Below, piece by piece: positions 1 through 11,639 of a stretch of DNA of 64,000 nt (the first letter of the stretch is position 1; every line of letters begins with the position of its first letter). The translations under genes were made by a program, and so were the position numbers. A model generated the notes under the pieces. That model was not told the origin of the DNA, ran no database searches, and saw only the letters and a program-made list of their open reading frames with translations. Source of the stretch: Octopus sinensis (lineage: Eukaryota); assembly GCF_006345805.1 (NCBI RefSeq), contig NC_043001.1:16616001-16680000 (forward strand), written 5' to 3'.

Positions 1-9
1 ATTCAGTCG

Positions 10-270
10 CTAAACATTTGTTGTGAAGTAAAAGATGTACTGTCTAATGTTGCCAAAGCGCTTACGGATTCTCACATCCAGTAGCATCGACTTAACATCC
101 GAGTCTAGGAGCAAGCATTTCTGCATAATCATGATTAGGTCGAACAACACAGTGGGCCAAAAGGGTTCACTGATGGCTATCACATTCATACACAGTAACT
201 TGAGTTTATTTAACAAGAATCCTTCTTTTCATGTTGGCTCTAGATCAAGTGCATTTATACAGAAACTATT
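10..270 (-). mobile_element. Decayed LINE (probably RTE-type) apurinic-endonuclease-domain fragment
   Basis: Minus-strand translation LLNKLKLLCMNVIAISEPFWP...VRIRKRFGNI resembles the APE N-terminal motif (ELxRxxIDIxxLSETRW) and the RLxxxxGNIxII strand; disrupted by stops and frameshifts. Confidence 0.4.
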
Positions 271-1974
271 TAGGAAGCAGCGTGGTTAGGCTGTGAAGAA
301 GTACAAGAAAGAACTTTCAGTTTAGTTCTCACCAACTATCTCTTCGTTAGCTTATTCTTGACATGCAATTTTGTTTTCTTTTCTGAATTTCATCAATTTC
401 TCTTGAGAGGTTCATCTATGAGATTTTTGTGGTTAATTTTGCTCTTGCTGCTATTGTTGTTTTGGTCGTGTTTCTTGTAGATATTTTACCTGCTGCTTTT
501 GTTGTAGTGGCGCGCACACACAGACACACACACACACAAATGCACACACACTTTGTTCAAGTTTAGAAGTATAGTCGTTTGTAATTTTTGTCTCTGAGTT
601 TGCCAAGCCAGACATATTCCGTTGTTACCTAATTTTCAATATTGAAACATTATTAAAATACAGAAGCGGAATATAATTCAAAGAGGAAAATGTTTGAAAC
701 AGTCTTTTCAACTGTTTCTATTATGACGTAATAATGGTCAAGAGAAACGACTGAAGTTGTTTCTATCTAATTTCATATACTCAATAATTCGCTAGACACC
801 AGCTCCGAAATTGTACAGATAATATCTTGTCTATTAAACCCAACACCTCTTTGAAGAGATATATTGGTTTCTCATCATGTAGTTTGAAAAAGAAATTAGA
901 CACAGTTACGGTATGTATCGAAAGCTGGGCACAACTTTGTCTCTGACTTAAATATATGAGAAGAAGGAAGCAGATTCCGAATCTGTGATGCGATGTGTCA
1001 CGACATATTCTCCGGCTCTTACCTTGCTACATCGGCTGCAAACCCGGGTATCATTGCCTCTAATGCAGAGGAGTGAAAAGTAAATTGCAGGAGGGGGCCT
1101 AATCGGCCGCTCTCAGTTTGTGCCGGTCGCTGTGGAGACCCCCAAGTGTTCTTGAACCCCGCACTGCTAATTTTTTCTCCTCAAAATCGGGATAACTGGG
1201 GTCTATCTGAGAAACGAAGCCCGCGAGGTGGGATATCTGTTGCATCGAGTGTCACTGGACATTCTCCGCGGCAACACCTTTGCAATTATGTCCGCAAGGC
1301 GCGGCTGAACACGCCGTTTCGTCTCGTTATCTCACCCCCCATTTTCTGTTGCCTAATCCCACCTTTGTTCTTTTTCTCTGTTTCCTTACTGAGGTAGTTA
1401 TGGATTTTTTTCTCGATTATTTGATCCTTTCTACTTTAAAAATTTTTTTCTCTTTTTTTCTCCCTGTAAAAATATGTTGTGATGTATACATACATTAAGA
1501 GGAAATTCTACACTAAATCCATTCCAGGATATCAAACGATTCGGTTTTTAAGATTTCAATGTATAGCGTACATTTACATACATGTAAACGCTGACATGTG
1601 AATATTCTACAAGAGAAAAACCCGTACTTACTGAACTCTTAACCGGATATCATACGATTTAATTTTTTAAATTTCCATGTATGACACGTACTTACATATT
1701 TGATAAGGCAAACGAACGCATGCTTGTACCGTTTTGTATCTGTTTGCCAAGAGAAAAACCTGAAATCAGAACGCTTAGCGGGAAATTATGCAATTTAGCT
1801 TTTAAGATTGTACTTCTTGAATAAAGAATGTCTAATGCGTGTATAGTGATTTTTGTCCATCATTTGTTCTTTTCACGTTTAGTACAGACAGGAGACTATC
1901 TCATCAATAATGTGCTAGAGCTAATAAATAAGACACAGCCTATATGATTCCAACGTTGGTATTAACTGAATTGA

Positions 1975-2576
1975 AGGCGGCGAGCTGGCAGAATTGTTAG
2001 CACGCCGGGCGAAATGCGTAGCGGTATTTCGTCTGCCGCTACGTTCTGAGTCCAAAATTCCGCCGAGGTCCACTTTGCCTTTCATCCTTTCGGGGTCGAT
2101 AAATTAAAGTACCAGTTACGCACTGGGGTCGATGTAATCGATTAAATCCGTTTGTCTGTCCTTGTTTGGCTCCTCTGTGTGTAGCTCCTTGTGGGTAGTA
2201 AAGAAATAGGTATTTCGTCTGCCGCTACGTTCTGAGTCCAAATTCCGCCGAGGTCCACTTTGCCTTTCATCCTTTCGGGGTCGATAAATTAAGTACCAGT
2301 TACGCACTGGGGTCGATGTAATCGACTTAATACCTATGTCTGTCCTTGTTTGTCCCCTCTATGTTTAGCCCCTTGTGGGTAATAAAGAAATAGGTATTTC
2401 GTCTGCCGCTACGTTCTGAGTCCAAATTCCGCCGAGGTCCACTTTGCCTTTCATCCTTTCGGGGTCGATAAATTAAGTACCAGTTACGCACTGGGGTCGA
2501 TGTAATCGACTTAATACCTATGTCTGTCCTTGTTTGTCCCCTCTATGTTTAGCCCCTTGTGGGTAGTAAAGAAATA
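1975..2576 (+). mobile_element. SINE family A (GGCGGCGAGCTGGCAGAA tRNA-like head), one head plus three tandem bodies
   Basis: A-box-like GGCGAGCTGGCAGAA, B-box-like GAGT(T/C)CAAATTCC, conserved central block GCCTTTCATCCTTTCGGGGTCGATAAATTAAGTACC, tail ending AATAAAGAAATA. 16-bp TSD GGTATTAACTG(A/G)ATTG at 1958-1973 and 2577-2592. Confidence 0.93.
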
Positions 2577-2713
2577 GGTATTAACTGGATTGCTGAAGAT
2601 ATGAAATGAAATATAAACATGATAAGGATGCTTTTGTAAAGCAAATTAGGCTTTTATTACGTCAAACCATTTATTATAAAAATCTGACTATTATCACGTC
2701 ATAATAGAAATAG

Positions 2714-3377
2714 TTGAACAGTTCAGAGTTCCAAATGAGCATTTTTCCTTTTAAGAAAGTCCCACGCCTTCGTATACTGAGGGAGTTGATGGCCTTTGCC
2801 GAACAGCTGTTGTCGGATGCGGAAAGAGCACGAATCTCGTCCGAGTCCATGATAAAGGTTGTACCACCTTCCTCTTTCACTAAAGAAAAGAAGGTAGCTT
2901 TTCTTTGCATAGTAACCATACTGAAAGATGTGGTATGGAAGACGCGAGCAAAAGGAATTGCGACAGGTCAATTCCTCTCCGGACGTGGGCTGGTGAATTA
3001 CTTCGCTGCCCATCTGTCCAGCAAGATCCGTCTGGAGTGGAGGAGCCTACCGCAAAGAGAGTTTGGAAAAAGATGGACGACAGTAGTAAGAAAGATAAGA
3101 AAGTACGAGGCTGTGCTTGCACGGTCGGTCAGAGCATAAACGGAAGGAAAAAATTACCAAAAAGGGATAACCAATCGGCGTGTTAACTCACTAACCGGGA
3201 CCCAAAACTCATCCAATCATCGTTTATATGTATATTTTTAACCCTCATACACAATATATCTAAGTCCATCCGGTTTTTTACACTGTATGTAAGAAGCGAG
3301 AGTGTACCTTGTATGTCCCTTGTCTGTCCTTGTAATGTACCCTCTATGTAAAACCTTTATAGGTTAATAAAGAAATA
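2714..3377 (+). mobile_element. 5'-truncated L1/Tx1-clade LINE: ORF2 C-terminus plus 3' UTR
   Basis: ORF 2714-3139 contains FLCIVTILKDVVWKTR...LVNYFAAHLSSKIRLEW...FGKRW, matching the xLxxAKxxIWxxR...FxxRW pattern typical of L1/Tx1 ORF2 ends; 3' UTR ends AATAAAGAAATA. Confidence 0.7.
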
Positions 3378-3536
3378 CTATTCAGGAATTTCTCATTTTT
3401 AAAAATGATGTAACAACGGAAAGTGTCTCAATTTTGATGAATTCAAAGATGAAAATTTTAAAAAAATGGATAAATCATAGACGCAGGCATTACTATGTTG
3501 TTAAGAAGTTTCACTCCGTTGCTCCTTGAGCAAATG

Positions 3537-3780
3537 TGGAGGCACGTGACTTAGTGGTTAGGGTGTTGGACTCATGATCGCAAGATTCTGGTTTCGATTC
3601 CTGGACCGGGCGACGCGTTGTGTTCTTGAGCAAAACACTTCATTTCGCGTTGCTCCAGTTCACTCAGCTGGCAAAAATGAGTAATCCTGCGACGGATCGG
3701 CGTCCTGTCCAGATGGAGAATATATATGCTATGAAACAGGGGAATCGGCCCTCATGGGCCTGGCATGGCTCGAAAAGGTA
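3537..3780 (+). mobile_element. SINE family C (tRNA-like head GGCACGTGACTTAGTGGTTAGGG)
   Basis: A box TGACTTAGTGG, B box GGTTTCGATTCC, body TTGAGCAAAACACTTCATTTCGCGTTGCTCCAGTTCACTCAGCTG shared with copies at 27639 and 28548. Confidence 0.85.
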
Positions 3781-3861
3781 ACTTTGCCTTTACTTTGGGC
3801 CGGTGTCTTCTGTACTCCCGGTCTGACTCGTGTCTTGTGAGTGAATTTGATAGAAAGTAAG

Positions 3862-3900
<39 letters not shown>

Positions 3901-4549
3901 TTGTGTGTGTGTCATTGTATCTATTTTTGTCCCACGCCATCACTTGACAACCGATGTTGGTTTGTTTATTTTCCCCGTAAATTAGCGGTTCGGTAAAAGA
4001 CGTCGACAGATAAATGACCAGTCTTGAAAAAATAAATTTTGGGGTCAATTTCTTCAACTAAGCACTCAAAGGCGGTGCTCCAGTATGGCCGCAGTCCAAT
4101 GGCAGAAACAAGCAAAAGATTAAGATAGAAGATAAAAATTCTTTTTTTTGAAACTTAATACCAAGGTTTGAAATTTATAGAAAAGAGAAAAGAAGCGGGA
4201 ACGATATTAAGTATTGTTTATTACATATATGTGTTACCAGTACTGTAATGAAATCTGAATAAACTATGTTCGTTGACGTGATACCTCAGGGTCATGTCTG
4301 ATTTATTTATCTTCCACCTACTTTCTTCATAAACAATTTAGAAGATAGACAATATTAAATTACACAGAAAGATATGATTGAGCATGGCTGGTTGGACATT
4401 AAACCTGTTCTTTTTGGCACTGGAGGAATTCACACACTCACATGTAGGCGTCCGCACAGAAATATACTCATATAGATAGAGTAAGCGAGAGAGAGAATAG
4501 GGGAGGAGAGACATTACACATTCCTACAAATATAACTAGATGTTTATAC

Positions 4550-4588
<39 letters not shown>

Positions 4589-4760
4589 TAGAGGAGAAAG
4601 GAAGAGGGAGGGAGAGGCAAGACAAGAGAGAGAGAAATTAAAATGAGAGACAAATTAAAATGTCTGATGTCAAAAAAGTCAACGTCGAATGAGCGACGCG
4701 AAATCGGTGATGTTAAAACGGCTGTGTTAAAACATATCAAACCAGTAATAACCATATTAA

Positions 4761-5144
4761 TCTCTCTATCTATAAAGCTGAAGTTGTCTGTGTATGGCAG
4801 GTTTGGTAGCCTTCAACTCCTCCGAGACTCTGCGGCGCAAGTTGACCAAAATTGAGAGTATGATGGAAGAAGGCTTGCTCTTGTTCCGTAGAAGAAAAAA
4901 AAATTCAAATCGGACCATGTTAACACCAAAAATTATTTACATCAAATAGGTGCTTTTTTTTCTATGAAAATTCCTATTTTTTACGATTTTTTGACTGCTG
5001 TGTCGCCATTTTTCGGTGTATTTCAACCAGGAAAATGTTCACTTAAAGAGAATAAAAGCTACATAATGCAAAATTTTTACTTTTCAAAAATTCCAATTCT
5101 AAAGGGTCGAAACAAACCCGAGCAACGCCGGGCGATACTGCTAG
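4761..5144 (+). mobile_element. Non-autonomous Helitron-like element
   Basis: Begins A|TC, ends CTAG|T, with subterminal hairpin CCCGAGCAACGCCGGG about 8 nt before CTAG; no TSD; a closely similar copy lies inverted at 50614-50996. Confidence 0.82.
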
Positions 5145-5509
5145 TGTAGTATAATTTCTATGTTTTCACGCGTTGAACTGTTATAACTGTTAATCATAGT
5201 TGTATTAATGATTTTATTTTTTGTTTTTGCTTTGACAAACGAACTAAATGAACAAGATGTGAAAGAACATTAATATAAACAATATTATTGTCTTATTTTG
5301 ATGGTCCGGAACGAATAAAAGAAAGACAAAACTAAACTGAGGTGGACATTTCCAGTCTCACTGTGTGGCACCTTGGGCAAGTGTCTTCCACTATAACCTC
5401 GGGCCGACCAAAGCCTTGTGAGTGGATTTGGTAGAAGGAAACTGAAATAAGCCTATTGTATATATGTATATAAATATATATATATATATAATATATATAT
5501 ATTATATAT

Positions 5510-5541
<32 letters not shown>

Positions 5542-5552
5542 ATATATAAATA

Positions 5553-5589
<37 letters not shown>

Positions 5590-5622
5590 ATTATATATAT
5601 ATATTATATATATATATATATA

Positions 5623-6025
5623 AATAATAGTTATCGCCATACTAATATGGCATTCTTATAAAAATAAGAAAAAAGCTGTCCGCTTATTAGCTCCATGAGG
5701 CCATCGCCTTAAGTTAGCTATTTGATACACAAACTGTATCCATATAACCTTCGAACAAGGGAGGTCAGTCGCTCCACACTACTTGACCGGCAGCTACAGA
5801 CGCGTTTCGGAGTATTGCCCCTTTCAATGCAGCGTAGCCAGCCAGTAGGTGTCGCTTCCGACAATCTCTGTTCGATGGTTTTATTTACCTTGTTCGAAGG
5901 TTATATGGATACAGTTTGTGTATCAATAGCTAACTTAAGGCGATGGCCTCATGGAGCTAATAAGCGGACAGCTTTTTTCTTATTTTTATAAGAATGCCAT
6001 ATTAGTATGGCGATAACTATTATTT
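5623..6025. repeat. Foldback element: about 138-bp near-perfect inverted arms (5623-5760 / 5888-6025) with 127-bp spacer
   Basis: Arms are reverse complements with one visible 1-nt indel; (TA)n tract immediately to the left and another at about 6080-6120. Confidence 0.95.
5793..5833 (-). ncRNA. Minimal type I hammerhead-like motif (Penelope type), core one nucleotide short
   Basis: Minus strand: GCTGCA-TTGAAA-GGGG caata CTCC-GAAAC GC GTC-TGTAGC. 6-bp stem I, 4-bp stem II, palindromic stem III ACGCGT, GUC triplet. Confidence 0.6.
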
Positions 6026-6082
6026 TCCGGGAACGCTGCCGCTGTTCTCTTTTGAGAGACTTAGTTATTTTAATATTTCTAT

Positions 6083-6120
<38 letters not shown>

Positions 6121-6610
6121 AACACATTTTTCCTGGAAAATGGCGATTTTCAGGTCACATCTATATCTAGCATATAGGCTGTACACTTTTAGTGGCCAGT
6201 CCTCTAAATTTTGTATATATATATAAATATGTGTGTGTGTGTGTGTGTGTGTGTGCGTGCGTTTGCGTGTCTGTGTTTTTCCCCCCAACATCGCTTGACA
6301 ACAGATGCTGGTGTGTTTACATCGCTTGATAACCGATGCTAGTGTGTTTACGTCCCCCGTAACTTAGCGGTTCGGCAAAAGAGACCGATAGAATAAGTAC
6401 TAGGCTTGCAAAGAATAAGTCCTGGGATCGATCTGTTCGACTAAAGGCGGTGCTCCAGCATGGCCTCAGTCAAATGACTGAAACAAGTAAAAGAGTAAAA
6501 GTGCATTTGCACCGAGAATGTCATTGACAGGCAAAACAATAACATTCTTATAGAGGAAATTCCAGGTTTCTGCAAAAAACTCTTCGCTATATCCTCTCTT
6601 GCTTCGTCAG

Positions 6611-6674
6611 CTCCTGTTTGACCATCGAGCATTGCCTCACCAAAGTGTGTATCCGTGCGCGCTCGCACTCTTCC
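6611..6674 (+). other. Candidate exon followed by a 71-nt candidate intron (6675-6745)
   Basis: Acceptor TCCTCTCTTGCTTCGTCAG, donor GTAAGT, downstream acceptor TTTCTGTTTTCTTTTCAG; no recognisable protein. Confidence 0.25.
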
Positions 6675-6808
6675 GTAAGTATGTGCGAACGTGTATGTAT
6701 GCACGCAACCCAATTTTACACATGTAATTTCTGTTTTCTTTTCAGACACATTGCAAACGATTCTGATGAAAACTGTGACATATTGCTGTCGTCTTCTTCT
6801 TTTTCTTT

Positions 6809-7195
6809 CGCCGGGCGAAATGCGTAGCCGTATTTCGTCTGCCGTTACGTCCTGAGTTCAAATTCCGCCGTGGTCGACTTTGCCTGTCATCCTTTCGGGG
6901 TCGATAAATTAAGTACCATTTACGCACTGGATTCGATGTAATCGAATTAATCCGTTTGTCTGCCCTTGTTTGTCCCCTCTGTGTTTAGCCCCTTGTGGGT
7001 AGTAAAGAAATAGGTATCTCACGGGTCTTGACGTCTTCATTTCAAATTCCACCGAGGTTGACTTCGCCTTTCATCTTTCGGGGTCGATAAATGAAGTACC
7101 AGTTATGCACTGGGGTCGATGTAATCGACTTAATCCGTTTGTCTGCCCTTGTTTGTCCACTCTGTGTTTAGCCCCTTGTGGGTAGTAAAGAAATA
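6809..7195 (+). mobile_element. SINE family A, two 5'-truncated tandem units
   Basis: Same body and tail as the 1975 copy; each unit is followed by GGTAT. Confidence 0.88.
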
Positions 7196-7986
7196 GGTAT
7201 TGACGTATACTAGTAAACACGTACAATCTCTTCGTACATCGTTCCATTCCGATGTTCAAATCTAGCTTTCAATTATGTATATGTGTGCAAGCATATATTA
7301 TCATACAAATGATACATATAGTTACAGATATAAACACTCTTGTAATCACAGAGGTTTAGCTGTAAACACTCGTGTGTATACATACATGTATTGAATGTCT
7401 GTATAGACATATAATCTAAGAGATATTGCCAGGGGCAATATCAGAAAAGTAATTAGCTGCAAGTTGGATAATAATGTACATAGGTTGATGACATTTTAAA
7501 TATATCAATTGCTACTGCTTCATGTCCTGGAGCGTATTATTTCTGTAACAATTGCGAAAATTAATATGGGGCTTTCATCTTTCTATTTTACCAGCCCGTT
7601 GACAGGAACGAACTAATGGCGTACAACTTTTCATTTTGACACCACGAATGTAAATTGACAGCATTTGTGAGAGAGTTATTAATTAAGTCCACGACTTGAG
7701 TTCAGTTTACACCGAGATGGCACTCGTTCCTACTGGATTGATGAAATACTGGTTGTTAACGGGCACCATAATTTGCAACATTAAACCTGTAGGCAGCCTC
7801 AGTGTGGTCACATGATCAGCTAGAAACAACAGTTAAAATATCCCTCAAATTACGCACTACAGCTTTAGTGAAGACGAACGCAATGTATTATAGTTCTGGA
7901 TGACCACGTCTTTGATTATAGGTTTATTTAATGAGAGCTGACCTAGGTTTAAACAAAAGCAATAAAAAATCTTTATATTGACGTAT

Positions 7987-8153
7987 GAGTGGCTGTGTGG
8001 TAAGTAGCTTGCTTACCAACCACATGGTTCCGGGTTCAGTCCCACTGCGTGGTACCTTGGGCAAGTGTCTTCTACTATAGCCTCAGTAGCCTCGGGCCGA
8101 CCAAAGCCTTATGAGTGGATTTGGTAGACGGAAACTGAAAGAAGCCCGTCGTA

Positions 8154-8216
<63 letters not shown>

Positions 8217-8398
8217 ATGCGTGTTTGTGTTTGTCCCCCTACCAACATCGCTTGACAACCGATGCTAGTGTGTTTATGCCCCGTAACTTAGCGGTTCAGC
8301 AAAAGAGATCGATAAAATAAGTACTAGGCTTACAAAGAATAAGTCCTGGGGTAGATTTGCTCGACTAAAGGCGGTGCTCCAGCATGGCCGCAGTCAAT
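7987..8398 (+). mobile_element. SINE family D/E, near-complete copy with internal (TA)n(TG)n
   Basis: Head GTGGCTGTGTGGTAAGTAGCTTGC...GGTTCAGTCCC, CORE-like CCTTGGGCAAGTGTCTT, microsatellite, then 3' module. Confidence 0.88.
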
Positions 8399-8416
8399 AT
8401 TTTATATTTTATATTC

Positions 8417-8640
8417 CTTTACTTGTTTCAGTCATTTGACTGCGGTCATGCCGGAGTACTGCCTTAAAGGGTTTTAGTCGAGGAAATCGAGGCCAGGACT
8501 TAGTAGTCTTTGTGAGCCTAGTACTTATTCTATCGGTCTATTTTGCCGAACTGCTAAGTTACGGGAACATAAACATACCTGCATCAGTTGTCAAGCAATG
8601 GCGTGGGGGGGTGCGGACAAACATAAGCACACACACATAA

Positions 8641-8671
<31 letters not shown>

Positions 8672-8745
8672 CATATATACATATACGACGAGCTTCTTTC
8701 AGTTTCCGTCTTCCAGATCCACTCACAAGGTCTTGGTCGGCCTGT
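8417..8745 (-). mobile_element. SINE family D/E copy, tail-to-tail with the 7987 copy
   Basis: Reverse complement of the 3' module, the microsatellite and part of the 5' module. Confidence 0.8.
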
Positions 8746-8869
8746 TGTTGGGAAGCAAGCTTCTTACGACACACATTTGCATTTGCAATGCCTCAAAGAG
8801 CAGCATGTTTCTTCTGAATAACTGCAGAATAAAAACACGAACCAGGAAGAATTTAAGAGTATTTGGCGG

Positions 8870-9523
8870 GTACTTATTTTATAGACTCTGAAAGGATGAA
8901 AGGCAAAATTGAACTCAGCGAGGTTTGAACTTAGAATACAAAGAACCAGAACATAGGCACAAGGCCTGAAATTTGGGGGAGGGGGATAATCGATTACATC
9001 GACCCCAGCGTTTTTACTGGTACTTAATTTATCGACCCCGAAAAGATAAAAAACAAAGTCGACCTCGGCGGAGTTTGAACTCACAACGTTGCGACAGGCG
9101 AAATACCTATTTCTTTACAATCCTCAAGGGGCTAAACACAGAGAGGACAAACAAGGACAGACAAACGGATTAAGTCGATTATATCGACCCCAGTGCGTAA
9201 CTGGTACTTAATTTATCGACTCCGAAAGGATGAAAGGCAAAATCGACCTCGGCGGAATTTGAACACAGAACGTAATTGCAGACGAAATACCTATTTCTTT
9301 ACTACCCACAAGGGGCTAAACACAGAGAGGACAAGCAAGGACAGACAAATGGATCAAGTCGATTACATCGACCCCAGGGCATTACTGGTACTTAATTTAT
9401 CGACCCCGAAAGGATGAAAAGCAAAGTCGACCTCGGTGGAATTTGATCTCAGAACGTAACGGCAAACGAAATATTGCTACGCATTTCGCCCGGCGTGCTA
9501 ACGTTTCTGACAGCTCGCCGCCT
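8870..9523 (-). mobile_element. SINE family A tandem cluster (head plus 2-3 bodies, outer unit diverged)
   Basis: Reverse-complement bodies joined at GAAATACC|TATTTCTTT; head ends GCTCGCCGCCT at 9523. Confidence 0.88.
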
Positions 9524-9869
9524 TATCTGGAACAAATATTGCAAGGCATTTTGTGTGATTGACCAAATACATTGTGGCGTTTATTCCGGCTGTATACGTT
9601 ATGGTTTCAAATTCGGCAGAAGACAACTTTGCTCTTTGATTTTTCTAGGCCGAGAAAATGATCTACCAGTCAAGTGCTGATCGATTTAATGAACTAACGT
9701 GTTTTCCAGGAAAAGGTTATTATTCTACAGACCCGGAGAGATGAAAATCAAAATTGACCATGGCAGGATTTGAACTCAAAATGCAAAGAGCCTGTCTAGA
9801 TATTGCATGGTATTTTGCCTGATGCTCTAACGATTCAGGCAATCCGCCACTAATTTTATCTGTATGAGA

Positions 9870-10101
9870 AGGCGGCGGGCTGGCAGAATCGTTAGCACGC
9901 CGGGCGAAATGCTTAGCGGTGCTTCGTCTGCCGCTACGATCTAAGTTCAAATTCCGCTGAGGTCGACTTTGTCTTTCATCCTTTCGGGGTCGATTAAATG
10001 AGTACCAGTTACGCACTGGAGTTGATATAATCGACTTAATCCTTTTGTCTGTCTTTGTTTGTCCCCTCTATGTTTAGCCCCTTGTGGGTAATAAAGAAAT
10101 A
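9870..10101 (+). mobile_element. SINE family A monomer
   Basis: Full head to tail; 19-bp TSD ACTAATTTTATCTGTATGA at 9849-9867 and 10102-10120. Confidence 0.92.
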
Positions 10102-10710
10102 ACTAATTTTATCTGTATGAAGTATTGATGATTTATGTTAAAGTCACTGTATTACTGCTACTACTCAAAACATACTTGTGAAATATGTTAAAATCAGTTT
10201 CGGCCAGAAACATGGAGACGAGAGATCTATTTGTGTCTCTGGAACATTGTGTATAGCAGTATTTTTAACATGTTGAAATGAAAGTGTCAAGGTGAAAAGA
10301 GAGGCGATATAAAAATAGAAGATATGAATAAGGAATGTATTGGCAGAGAGAACTAATAAAGAGCGGTAGCTGTTTATTTCCACTCCTAAATGTTTTTAAT
10401 ATTTCATTCATAATTGATTTCAGTTCGCATATCTGCAGTCATATTTATCCCATTGCAACTTATTGCCGCTTTCAGAATTCCTTGTAGTTTTTCTTATAAA
10501 TGTAAATGGCTGAATTATTTCGAGGCAGCGAATATGAATAGCAGGAGTTAAGTTCTGTATGTTTCTCTTCTTCCTTCGTCACATCACCAATGAACCAATC
10601 TGTTTAATATATAATAATTACAGCTTCTATTCAATTCAATGCTAATAATATTTCGTTTCAGTTTCTTGTAATATATTTTCAGATGGTCGAATAATTGCAG
10701 ATGCTTTCAG

Positions 10711-10803
10711 GTCGTTTTCTTTGGGTTAGTCCAAGTGTATTTAGAATTTCCACTTATTAAACAAGATGGCGCTGCAGTCTTTTGGATGATTTATTGCCTC
10801 AAG
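10711..10803 (+). CDS. Candidate coding exon (hydrophobic peptide VVFFGLVQVYLEFPLIKQDGAAVFWMIYCLK), gene unidentified
   Basis: GCTTTCAG acceptor, AAG|GTATGA donor, open phase-0 frame; no family recognised. Confidence 0.25.
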
Positions 10804-11029
10804 GTATGAGTTATAAATGAAATAAAAGGGATAATTTTATTTCCAATTCCTGACAGAAAATAACCGTTAGCAAAATAGCTATTCCTGATCAGCTGCCCTC
10901 AGAGTCAAATATTTGCTATTCTCGCCTCGGAACCACATTTTAACGAAACTTATCAAACATTACGATTATTGCAGGAGAAATGACTAACATATCTTTTGGA
11001 AAGCTTTCTTTTCTTAACGTCTATTTCAG

Positions 11030-11138
11030 TACAAATATAACTTAACTGCTTGCAGCTTTTGCTCTCGGCAGGCAGCCCTTTCAGCTGAGAAGTTTACGCT
11101 TGGTGAAACACACACTTGCTTATCATTTATCCCATCCT
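11030..11138 (+). CDS. Candidate coding exon (YKYNLTACSFCSRQAALSAEKFTLGETHTCLSFIPS), gene unidentified
   Basis: Strong acceptor CTTTCTTTTCTTAACGTCTATTTCAG with a TTAAC branch-like motif, donor CCT|GTGAGT, frame compatible with the 10711 exon. Confidence 0.22.
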
Positions 11139-11639
11139 GTGAGTCTAAAATAACACGAAGAACATCAACATTATAGGAAGGCATTACTAACAAAATATGT
11201 TAGTAAAACAAATATAATAACAATTAAGAATTTTTCTTTGACTCATGTTTTCCTTTTGTACACACATTTGCTTTTATTTGTAACCTTGCATATTTATTCT
11301 GTTTTTTTTTTATATAATTCTTTTTATTTATTTTTACTTTAAATTAGACGCAGAAATATTTCATTGTTGGAAGCAATTAACTTTTTATGTCTTATCTTCA
11401 TAACCAATGAAGTTTCCGCTTCGAGATTAATTATTAAATTATTTCTAATTTCTAAAAAAAGATAATTTAGAACAGATTGAAAGATAAAGTCTCACTAGAA
11501 GGGAATAATATATTGAGAGAAACAGGTTTTATCAGAATCGTATAACAGATTAAAAGAACGAGTCATATTAGGATGGAATGAAAGATTAAGAGAACGAATA
11601 TTAATATGAGGAGAAATAGTGAAATGAAATGGATTATTA

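Larger units (their letters stand above)
5360..6500 (+). mobile_element. SINE family D/E copy, split by an expanded internal microsatellite and a nested foldback element
   Basis: 5' module (CACCTTGGGCAAGTGTCTT...GGAAACTGAAA) ends about 5457; 3' module (ATCGCTTGACAAC...GGCGGTGCTCCAGCATGG...AAGTAAAAGAGTAAAAG) at about 6260-6500; compare intact copies at 7987 and 62872. Confidence 0.75.

Noticed and set aside
1040-1400. GC-richer island
   Set aside because: No ORF, termini or second copy in the window; probably an old repeat but unclassifiable by eye.
2116-2307. Recurrent MRNWYLIYRPRKDER / GTYLIDPERMKG peptides
   Set aside because: Chance translation of the non-coding SINE A central domain, not a protein family.
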